Source: Phoronis australis (Eukaryota; Animalia; Phoronida). From it: a stretch of DNA of 64,000 nucleotides. How positions within the stretch are numbered: position 1 is the first letter of the stretch; each line of letters starts with the position of its first letter. Under the pieces are notes generated by a model. That model had not been told where the DNA came from. It was given only the letters and a program-made list of their open reading frames with translations, and searched no databases. A program made the position numbers and the translations under genes. The DNA lies in the NCBI GenBank assembly GCA_002633005.1, contig NMRA01000024.1:1476780-1540779 (forward strand), read 5' to 3'. Shown one piece after another: positions 49,701 through 61,700 of this stretch.

Positions 49701-52700
49701 ACGTCATTCATTACTAAGAAAACATATGTTTCTTATACATGGTTATTAGCCATCGAGAAATTCGAGCACCAGTGGTTAAATGGTGTTATGGGTATGACGA
49801 TGAAGAGATCGGAGGGAGTGAAAAAGTCCGAGCTTTTTGCAAGTTGCATTTTTGTTTCAGTTTTTGATTCTGTGCGGATTGTTTATAAAAGTTACTAAAA
49901 TTACTCACCATCAAACATTTATGGCCCAATGAAACAACAACGACCTGTAAATTTTTATTTTTGTAAAGTACAACCACCAGCCATTTTGAATTTAAATCAA
50001 ACGCAACCACCCATAAATTTTTATTTCAGTTGCCTTCCCCCCCTCCCACACAGATTTTGCTGGAACAGCCCTTAGTGATTTTATTACAAATCACCAATTC
50101 TCGCAACATCAGCCAGACATTCAATGGAATCAAGGCCAGATTATTTGCCCACACATAAAATACTTTGCTATTTAACCTGCAAGATTTGACTTAGCAGCAA
50201 AGAGTACAGAGCTAGTGGGTTAAATCCTGTGCCACTGCTAATCAACCTCAAAATAACGACATTTTTCGCCAATGTTTGCTTGAATTTGCACATCAAGTTA
50301 CACTCTTCACTCGTCAACTTACACTCCAGCAAGCCCACCTTGACATTACAAGACACCCACCTGGCTAAATATCATGTCTATGTAGTCCATGTTACTGTCG
50401 AGGTGTAGCGGGAACACCCAGCTGGTTCGCTGAAACAGCAGGTAGTACTCCTTACCACTGCTCGTCAGCTCTGTGGTGATGTCGAAGATGTACTCATCTC
50501 GAGCGATCGAGCAGAAGTGGTTATCTGCAAAGAAAAGTATCGGCTGATGAAGACACACTGTCACGAAAATATTATGACACTTTTTAATTCTGAATGCCTC
50601 CATATTGATAACGTGGAATCTATTTGATCAGAATTTGTAAAAGCACACTCATAACTAAGACGCTGTCTCAAAAACACACTATTGCAAATTAAAGTGACAC
50701 CATGTATGTTCACATAAAACTGCTTTGAGGTGGTGATGCAGTAAAAACCATATCCAAAAGCTCTGTCTATTTAAACCAACATCTAGCCTATTTATTTACA
50801 TTGACACAATGCTTGAGTCGATCATTTCTGCAGCCATTGTCAGGTGGTGCAGCATTGTTAGAAGAACAAGCACTCCTAGGTACTTTAAAATACAAAAATT
50901 TGTTCAATGAGCAATTACCAATCAAAATCAAAATAATCAGACACTCCCACATACAGCCCAAGCGTTGCTCACCTACCTTTTTCAATGACATAAAATTTGT
51001 TCAATGAGCAATTACCAATCAAAATCAAAATAATCAGACACTCCCACATACAGCCCAAGCGTTGTTCACCTACCTTTTTCAATGACATAAAATAGAGAAT
51101 ACTCCTCCATTTCTTGAGTAGACTGGATGTCTAAACGGTTACAAATTTCCTCGATGACATCATCTGTGACCTGGATAAACGAACCCTTAGTTATGACAAA
51201 ACACCATAAAATGGAGATGGCAATGAGATTATCTTCAAAGCTTCACTAAAAGGCTGAAGAATTTAAAGGGTTATTTAATTACGTAGTACTTAAAGTCTGT
51301 ACATGAAAATCACAGAAGAATGGACTTTTTGATTGCCTTTTTACGTGAAGTTATTTTCTCTCATGGAGTGCAAAAGATTGAGTCACAGTTTGCACAGTTG
51401 GTTAAATTATTCATTACACATAATTGAGGAGTGTACAGTGGTACCTCTTCACAACAAACCTCCAGCCACCTACCAAACACATTCCCTATAACCCGATCTA
51501 CTTTTTAGAGAACCAACCACAGCAATCCGTAAAGTTGGCTTTTAATTGGTAGAAATTCAAAATTAACACAGTACATTGTTCACGTTAGTAGTCAATAAAA
51601 CTCACACAAGTTGGAAACACATAAAATTCAGATATTTGCCAACCTAAGAAAAAGTTCTGCATTTACAGTACTGTATGCCCAGCCATCTCTTGGAAATCAC
51701 TTGCCTATGTGACACACGCTGTATACAAATATGAGATCGAAGAGACCGAGCATTACCAATTTTTAGACTCGCATGAAGTTGGTGGAGCTTACTGGACATT
51801 GAAATTTGAATTTTTAACTCTGTAAACATTGGATCTGTTTTCTTCAAAAATGAAATGATAACCAAGCGAATGGTATAAACATGGTTTGCTGTAATGTGAT
51901 TCGACTGAATCAGGATCTATTTGCCTTAAACAGCCAATTCACAATAAATAAGATAACACAACTGACATGTTCAGCGAGTTCAAAGCAGCTAGAGACAAAG
52001 TACTCACTGTGCACGACTTGAGATTGAGTGTGATGGGAACACCACCAGGGGTCAGCACACTCTGTCGCTTAGTGTAGCGCCCACTCTGAAAAAAAAACAA
52101 TAAAAATCAACCCCGTGCGTACAAAAGCTGCAACAATACTTAAGACTGAAAATGAGATGAATTCCTTAATGGAAAGAAAAAGACACCACTTTTGTGCAAA
52201 TATCGAAGAAGTTTCACCATTAATTACCATTCCGCTGGCAATTAAAACGAAGCACACTTGCAACAATTGGTATTGACTATGCAAAACAGAAAACAAATCA
52301 AACATGGGCACCGCAGCAAGATCTTGCATCAGATTTCAACCAAAAAGAAAGGGCCTAGAGCTACTGACGAGACACATGATTGTTTGCATGAAAATTTTTA
52401 TGTTGGTTGAATAAGAAATGCAACATGCATTTTTTGGTAAAATTTAGAGCCCGTTCCCTCCATTTTAGAAATTTGTTTTGTGAAAATAAGTCACTGCAAG
52501 AATGAATGAATTCTGCTTAGTAACAACAGTATTAATCCAAATGCTTGACAACGATCTTGGCACTGCAAAGTAGAGAATTTTTCTTTAACTCCCATTATCA
52601 AATTAACCTACAATGCACTAAAAAGCTGTTTCTTATCTGATAAAAGAGGCCCACTGTTTCACTCAGGCTTTCCTTTTTTGCATGTCAAGTGTTCTGAGAG

Positions 52701-55700
52701 ATTCTGAACATTCGACCTCTTCCAAAAGGGAAAGTGAGTACATTTGACAAATTGGACAACAGTCGGACTAGTGCATTACTAGTTTTCAGTTAATACATTG
52801 ACTAAAAACTGACAACAATATTAGACAATATCAAGAGAAACAAATTACTCAATATTCAGACAAAGTTGCTAAAATCTTTGAGCTTGAATTGTTAATAAAC
52901 AATTTCCTGTGCTGTCTGTACCTTTTATCAAAAATAACAACTCAACAGAGCTTAGATTCAACCACAGAGTGTTTAGATTCCACCACAGAGTGTTTACATG
53001 GCAACTTTTGTTATAGGTATAAATTCCCCTGCTGCCCACTGAGTACAACCACCACCTCACTTGAGATAAGCTAGTCTACATACTCTTGGTTCAAGAAATG
53101 TTGAATAGAGATTGTGCTTCTATTAGTCACAATCGGATGAACTTGAAAGGAACTTTGGCTATTGAAACTGATTAGTGCAGACAACAAAAGCAATGACTGT
53201 CTGAACCAAATTTAAGAGGAATGAACAGAGTGCAGGTAAACATTTAAAGACTAGTAAATAAGACAGTGGAAGAATAAAGAGGACACACAGTCATGGCTTG
53301 GAATGATCAATGACAAAAAAGAGAAAAATTTTCCAGGTGATGAATCATTCCACAAATAAATAGGGCTTGGAAATGTTTTTTCTCAATATTTTTTCTGCTG
53401 TTAAAATTTAACTGAAAAAGACGTTTTTGCATGAATAAAGTCAAAATAATGATAAAAAGAAACAAAAAAAGAGAAAATCGGAAATCTAACAAGTGGAAAT
53501 CGAAACCAAAAAGAGGAAAATTTCAAGTCCCAATAGTCTACAGCTGAAATTAAAACAGCTTATGGAGAACCCCACGAGTGATGAAATACACAAAACCCAT
53601 GTGTTTTCCCAACTTCACACACATACCAGGTGCGGTGCAAACAAAATGACAGGACAAAACAATTGTTTTTCATGATCACAAGATGGCGCTTTTTTGGCAC
53701 TTTCACTCACCGTCAGTGCTTCCAGTTCGTACATCTCTGGCACGTTCTTGCGTCCACCGTAGCGGCAGGTTTTTCGCAGATTCTGAAGAGCGGCTGTGGC
53801 TGGCATCTGGAACGGCCGTTGCTGGTCAAACGAGACAGTTTGCAGATAGTTCTCCAAGTAGGGCAGAAGCCGGTCACTACACTTGTACCAGGCTGCCACA
53901 ATAACAAGTAGTCGCCATCCCCTTAAGCAGCTGTCACTGTAAGAAAGGACAGTACATCGAGACAAACCAAGTCAAACCGTTGACAATGTGGCAATGTACA
54001 CAGACGCGAGGCACAAATAGACCTATATCTCTTGGTTTCCGTAAAAGTCTCTTGGTTGAAGAAATGTCACATCACCTGGGAAACTGGCAGGAAGGCCAAA
54101 GCACCAAAATAACACGGATACGGAATGATGATGCAAAGTTATTTTCAACATGCCATCAAGAGGTCAATCAATACCCGCATGTCAAACTGCACTCTTAATT
54201 CTGCGTGTTAATACATTGATGGTGAACATGAAACGAATTAAAGAACAAATTAAATCAATAAATTTAATATTTGCATTGAATATTATGATTGAAACGCTGA
54301 CAATGGAACACTAAGTTAGAGAATAATCACTTATAACAGCTAATGGTCGTAACCCCACCAACAAACTTTTGGCAAGCATCTGAAATGCAACACTAAATGG
54401 CGAGACAATTCACAGAATGTATTGCACTACGGGGCATGATGGACTTAAATCAACACTTACGGCCTAGTACTTTTGTTGCTGCTTGTCTGCTTGCAGAGCT
54501 GACAGTAGACTTCATCCACAATGCCCTGGTTTCTGTGACACGCGCGCAGCAGCTTCATGGCACAGTCAAGGTCGTTGAGGTCGCGTTCTATGGGATAGTC
54601 TCCCATGTACTGCATGATACAGATGAACGACTCCAGAGCCAGCTTGTTTTGTTGAGAGGAACTGAGACGTAAAAGGGATGCCTGGATGGGCGACTGAAAG
54701 AATGAAAAATGGTAATTAGTATCAGAAAGTCATAGAAGTCGTGATTTATGAGACCAGTAGCTCACAGGAATACTGTTGGTGGGCCACTACAGCACAGCAC
54801 ACCTTGGAAAGGCGCCACCCTTTTGTAGATCTCTGTTTCCTCAAACATTATTTATTGAAAGTTGAATTAAATATCACAATAGTGAAAGGCAAGACTCCAG
54901 CAATTTGAGACAAAATGTTACGTATCACTACACCTTGCAGAGGAACTACTTGTGTACAGTTTAATGTAGCAACAGGGCCATTTGGACACTTTCTTAACCT
55001 TAAAAAGCACATCTTCAAAATTAGTCTCTTCACTGAAAATTTATACTGAAATGTCCCCTACTTTGCATCATGTCATGTATCTAGGTTGAGTGTCCGGGGG
55101 GGGGGGGGGNNGGGGGGATTGAACATGAAAGGCAAAAGGAACAAGACAGATCATGCAGGTAGGTGTGATTCTGCCCATGTATGTCATGGTGTTGTCAAAA
55201 AGACACAATTGTTAAGATGTCCATATGAAATTGGTGCAATATGTGTGTAATGAGTACTTGGAGAGAGTAGGATAGGACATTTGAGGTCCAGAATAAATAC
55301 GTCATCATACACTATGCTAAACAAAGCCACAATGAATTCATTTGGAAATGTTGCAAATTCATCAGTTTTTTTAAGTTCAAATCATTCAAATTACCGTAAA
55401 CAGAAATAACTCGCACCTGTGCCAAGAAATACAAGCCAGAGGAAGAAAACAGAACACTGCACCATTACCTTTTCAGTTCGAGAAGAACTACATTTTGAGT
55501 GAATGGCAAAATCTGAAAACAGGGCTGTCAGGGATTAAACAGCGATAGAAGGTATTAATGGCCGCATATAATTTTGTGCCAGAATTTTGAGAACCAGTTT
55601 TCTGCACTGAAGAATGGGCATCAAACTGGGTCACAAAACACATGCAGGCACGTTGTATCAATCTTTAAATGTCAAGCACATTTTCAAAGGCCGTGTCCAA

Positions 55701-58700
55701 AACAGTCGAGGAGTACGACAGAAGAAATATTCCCCATTTCAACTGTTCAAAATCATAATTGAAAGGGCATCCAGAAGAAATGGGATTCTTTCCAATTTAA
55801 GGAACATCTGGAGCTCAAACGGAGCATAAACAGTGCATGAGGCTACAAAAGTGCTCGATGGATAACGCCACATTGAGGGTAAAATAAAGCTTTAGATTGA
55901 GCGTCACTGTGTAATCCCTAATGTTCCTATTTAGCAATTAACACAGTATGATAGACAGGTGAAATTTTACTTAATCTGTATTTTTTGTCTAAAACATATT
56001 ATTCAATAATTATTTTCCAGGCACGGCTACCAGAAAATATTTTGATGGAGAAAGCATGCATATCACAATGTTAGAAACCTCTGATAATTATTTTTCTCTG
56101 ATATTGGAGATTTCACCAGACTTGTAGCCATGCAATAGGACACTCCACTTAAAAGAGGTAGCTTATCCAAAAAGACTGAATTTATCAATGTAAACAATTA
56201 AAGCGCCGAAGCAAAGATAATAAGAAATATTTGCCAATGTATGACTTATTAAAAGGCCATTACAGCAGTTGGAACAAAATAATGTACCTTTTTCATAACA
56301 AATGAATAATATACTTGACATTCCAGGTAATTAAAATACCAGAATAAAGGTACAAAAGATGGTTTTTCAATTTTCAAAACATAATTACAACCGGATAAGT
56401 AGAAGAAATTAACACACTTCACTAATTTTTTACTCTGTTCACACAGAGGTGATGGAATATGGTGTAACTCTTCTGAAAGTGCTAAATGAACATTTGACAG
56501 GAAAAGAAAACAGCTTTCAAGCTTTCACTGATTGAATCAAACAACCATATATATCAGTTAAGCACTCAGTGTTATTTGACATCATTCAAGATAGGGTTCA
56601 AAACAATGCACAACACAAAAGTCATTCCAAGTTACAGGGGAATCAAGTCCCATTTGTGAACTCACCTTTGTCCATTTCACCATATCAGCGTGTTCTTTCC
56701 AGGACCAGTCTGAGCCTGTAACAGCATTAATCATCTGTAAAGTCTCCATCACAAACAGCTAGTCCACACCTACACCCCAAAATTCTGACCCGGATCTGAG
56801 GGGCATGCAACACTAAGCTGTCCAAATCACACAAAATAGTATTGCTCAGCTTGCTCTTGTCAACCTGGTTACACAATGATCCATGAAGCAGACAATAAGA
56901 GCACAATGAACTGGCCTCCAGGTATTGGTTGGCTCCATAATACTTGACCTCCAACTAAAGGGTGAACCCATTTGCACTGCTTGTTTACTCACTGTGGGCA
57001 TGCATTATTTATACAAGACTGCACAGGCCACAGCTATGTTAAACTCATGACTTCAAGGACAACCACTGGCAAACTGTCCCCCACTGCCTTGGGGAATGCA
57101 TAGATTTTTCCTGTTTAAATTGTATGTCGTGATGAATTTTTTATGTAAAGATAAGCTTACGGTTATGAAGGACCCTACAAAAATTTCAACTTTGGCCAAC
57201 TTCAGAACATCATGAAATGGGAAAGGATGAATGAAACTCTTACACTGGGCTTTAACCACCCTGCACTAATTCCCATTACTGACCTCCTCGATACACTTGG
57301 TTGGTGCAGCCTAGTTAGCAGGCGTGCCTTTCATTTAAACTTTATGGTGCACAAAGCCACACATAGCTGCACAACTATTTACGTACCTCACTAAAAAGTT
57401 CAAAGCAGTCAGAGATTCAAACAATTACAGAACTAGAGCGAGTGTTTCTGGCTGCCTAAAAACAACCGCTTCAAAAGAACTTTTGCCTACAGAGTTGCTT
57501 TAACTTTTAACTATATAACCATTCTGGAATTAGAATTTTGCTGCCTTCATTCACTGGTAAGTACATGATCTGAATGGAAAACAAATTCATCACAGCATAT
57601 TAAAAATGAAAAAGTTTACCAGTTTTAATTCTTACTGGTTGCCGGATCAACCGATATCGTGAGATGGCACTTTTTTCAGTCTAAGGCCACAAGGTCAAAG
57701 TTATGTAACAATGAGCTTTTTGACAATTTTTTTTATTAAGCCAAAGAGCTGCAAAACTACAGATTTTAAATTCATAAAATTTTATCATTTTTTCTGAGAG
57801 TACAAAGCCTGTAGAATTCTCTTTCGAACCAAGGAGTCCTCAAAAAATCTCGCTCACAACAGAGAAAAAATAAAATGGTGTAAGTAAAAATCAACCACAA
57901 GAGGGCACTGCGTTTCATAGATTATACGACATTACTTTGCACGTGAGGCAAAATATCTTTGCTTATGGACCAGAAACAGTGATGTCAATCCCACAATTCA
58001 ACATTCCAACCTCACCAACCAATCACATCAATGACGGCTCTTTTTTCTAGGATTGGCTAGTAAGCTCAGGAACATACTAATCAGAGAGACACTTGCAAGT
58101 TCGTGCGTGCTAGCCGCTTTAAATTTCAACAGTCTAAATGATATTATGAAGTTAAAAACATCCATACATTAAGTACAATAATTAAGACACATGATAACAT
58201 GAGTCTTCGAAGCTCATCAAGTTCATGCAGCCAAAGTGAAGCAAAACAAGCCAAATAGTGCGTGAAACATGACAAAACAACAACCCATCACCTTTTTTGC
58301 TTTTGTTTTTCTTGCTCATACGCAGCTTAATGCTTTCAATTCTTTTGATGGTACCTCGAATGGAGCCATCATCAGTACGCATCATTTCATACCTTCAAAA
58401 CACAAAGAGCATTCAAACAATAACATCAGCCATTTACAACATGGCTTTCAAGCAGACAACAAAGTACAAAGAAAGCACAAAAAAATTAATAAAGAAATAA
58501 GGGGAGAGATGAAAATAGTAAAGTGAATATCACCTTTAACACCTGACCCTGGATTAGTGTGTGACGAATTTAAAGGGGAAAGCCATTTTTTTGGTGCTGC
58601 TTGTACTATTCCCGTGCACAAAAGCCCAAATAATTCCAAACAAGTTCTTTTTTAATATTATTTTACAAAAACTTATGACAAATACAGGCATAACCTTGTA

Positions 58701-61700
58701 GTTATATAATATTACTACTTACTTTAGTCAAATTTTAAAGTAAATTTGGTGTTCTCCTGGTACTTATTAGCTAGTTTGCAAACAACATTCAGTGACATGA
58801 AACTGTCATGTATCTACATAATTACCATTTCATAACTTAAGCAAACACAATAACTTTTTGAACTCTGACTATAATCAACTTGAGTCAATCGCTGTGCTTA
58901 CTCAGAGAAAAGTTAAGAAAATTGTGTCACTGTGATTATTACCTACACAACAATGACTAGAGGACAGTATGATACTCACATTGGAAACACAGCAACAGAT
59001 AACGTGTGATTTGTGACACCTAAAATATTGGCTTTCCCCTTTAAGGCATAGCAGGGATTAGAAACTAAAATAATCCTTTTAAAGCAATGTCCATTCAACT
59101 GATGTGCCACATCCTGGGGTCTGTTTCATGAATATGACTTAAGACTTAAGTCACAGACTGGATCTTACACTCCAAACAGCTATGGAATGTGAAAATAATT
59201 GAATCTCACTCAGCAAAACTACAGTCTCTGAGAATAAACACATGTTAATTACTGGTGAATTAATTTCTATTATTTCTAGCCTGCGATGCGTTCATAATTA
59301 CTTTATTCAGCAATTGGGAATTGGGAGCGTCAGTAATAAATCTCAGTCTCGAGTCTTTAATTAAGTGACTTTCATGAAACAAATCCTTCAGTACTGCTAG
59401 ACACTTGAGTGAAATTATTGCAAGTTTTCATCGAACTAAATTTACACACTGACCAGACAAGGAGCACATACAGAAATGAACATCGCATAAAAAGACTTAC
59501 AACCCATTGAAAACTTCTAGTATATTTTACCTGATGATGATTTTGCACGAGGCCATTTCCTTTCGTCTCTTTTAGTTGTTAAATAGCAAACAAAGTAGTA
59601 AAAGATTGATAAAAGTTAAACTGGTCAATAAACCGTCACAAATTTAAAAGTAGGAAAATGTCTTATTAAGAAACAACAGTTTTAAATAAAATTCAAGGTA
59701 AAATATAAAGAAAGTGGATTTCAAATAATCCTATGTTATAAACATCCCCTTTAAACAAGATAATGATCCATGAAGAGAAATCTTTTGAATTTCTGAAAGG
59801 TCATGAGTTCAAACTCACCATTAAAGACACTACATAACGGCCAAATGACTTTTGAACATGTTAAATATATGTATCAGTGATCGACACAAACATATCATCC
59901 CTCCCTTTACTCCTGGCATTAGCTAATTACGCCAATTACTATCGTACGACCCCATCATGAACCCCATTTAGCGCCGAAAAAAAACTTTAGGTGGCGCTCG
60001 TTCTAATCGACGCAAATGACGTCATCGTTGGTACCCAAGACGTATCGAACAGTCCGTTGCCACAGGAAGCTTACCTTACAGTGTCTGGTGCATATTTCAC
60101 AGATTTTCAAAATTACAACTGTTAGAGACAACCAAGCTCAAATACTATGCGACACTTATATCGACACTTCCACGCGCATGTAATATCCTAAAACTCACTG
60201 TCCCTTGATCAGTAGTTTAGCGTCGCCGCAGACAGTAGCGTGTTCTTGGTGGGGACCACTTACTCACTCTAACATCAAATGCTTATTCACAAAGACGTCG
60301 GGGTTTAACGAACAGATTTAACGAACAGGGTCCCTGCGTGCATTGGGGGACAGGTTTGCAATGAATGGAGATTTGTCGGACCCACGGCGACATCCAGGCG
60401 GAATGCGTGTACCGGAGAATTAATTTGTTTGTAGTCGCTCCGTGATAATTACGGGATTATGTCGGGGAGTAAGTCGGCGTTACACATCTTAACGAAGCGA
60501 AAGGCTCACTCGCAGCATGATGAAAAAGAATGACCCGAGACTTTTCGCACTTGGGTTAGAAAAGTATAATACCTTGAAATGGACGGACGTTCAATGAAAA
60601 GTACTGCGAAACGGAAGATTAAGAAAATGTAGAAACAAAGTTTGGATGTATTAGCGCCGTGTATGAGGAATCCGAGTAAAGTGAAACAGAAGGGGAAACT
60701 TACCGGCCAACTGTCACGGAACTCGCTACGGACCGTCATTTGAAGACAAAGGCATTTTACTCAAGGCATACGAAACTTAACCCGTAACCGACGCAGCTAG
60801 CTGCACGCCGATTAGTGAGACCTGCAGGAAAATCTAAGCGATTGGGGTGGAAACAAAATATTGAGCAAAAAGGACAAAGTTAGCGCTGCGAATAGACTGT
60901 CATATTTAAACTATTGTTCGATTTGAAAGACCAATTGCACAAGGCATTTTATACGTGAAGTCGGGGAAATACGCCGTTCCCGTCATAGCACAACCCATCG
61001 CCATGCTGACTGCACACTTTTTCAGTGCGTGCCTCCATAGTGTACCCAAAGCCGTACTGCCTGACATTCACGTGCGGGGTTTGTAAGTACACCCTTTCCC
61101 GATGTTAATTTCAAAGAATGTGCCACAAGACTCAAGTTGAATCAGCGTTATCTTATGGTCACATGCATTCGAGTACATGCAACACCCAAGCACTTAATCG
61201 AGCCAAGCCAGTGCAACATTTTATTTAGAACGGCCGCCGTACTCTTTTGATGTGCGACTTGGGAGGTGTGCACCTCTACGTTCCCACCGCTGGAGCACGT
61301 GATACATTGGCTGCAACATGTGAGTGACAGATGACTCATATATATATGTCGCGCGTGCTGTCCCAGAAAAGAGGGCTTGAGAATTTGTTGTCGACTTACT
61401 TTTACTCTAATACAAGACAAGTTGTGACCGTCGTTTGGCAAGCAACAGCCATGCAAGGGTTGTCATCGTTACGTTTGTTTTTTATGATAAAAATGAGACG
61501 TAGGCTACATTCACCCACACCGTTAATTGACGACATTTCTGAGCCACGATCGTATAAAATGGTACCGACCATGTCGCGGTGATATATTGCCAAGGATATT
61601 GTTAGTGGATAATCAAGACACCTTACGTGAAAAATAAGTATTTTTTCCACCACAGAGTTCGGTAAGTTTGCCGTTGTCAGATTCAATACGAAACGTAGCT

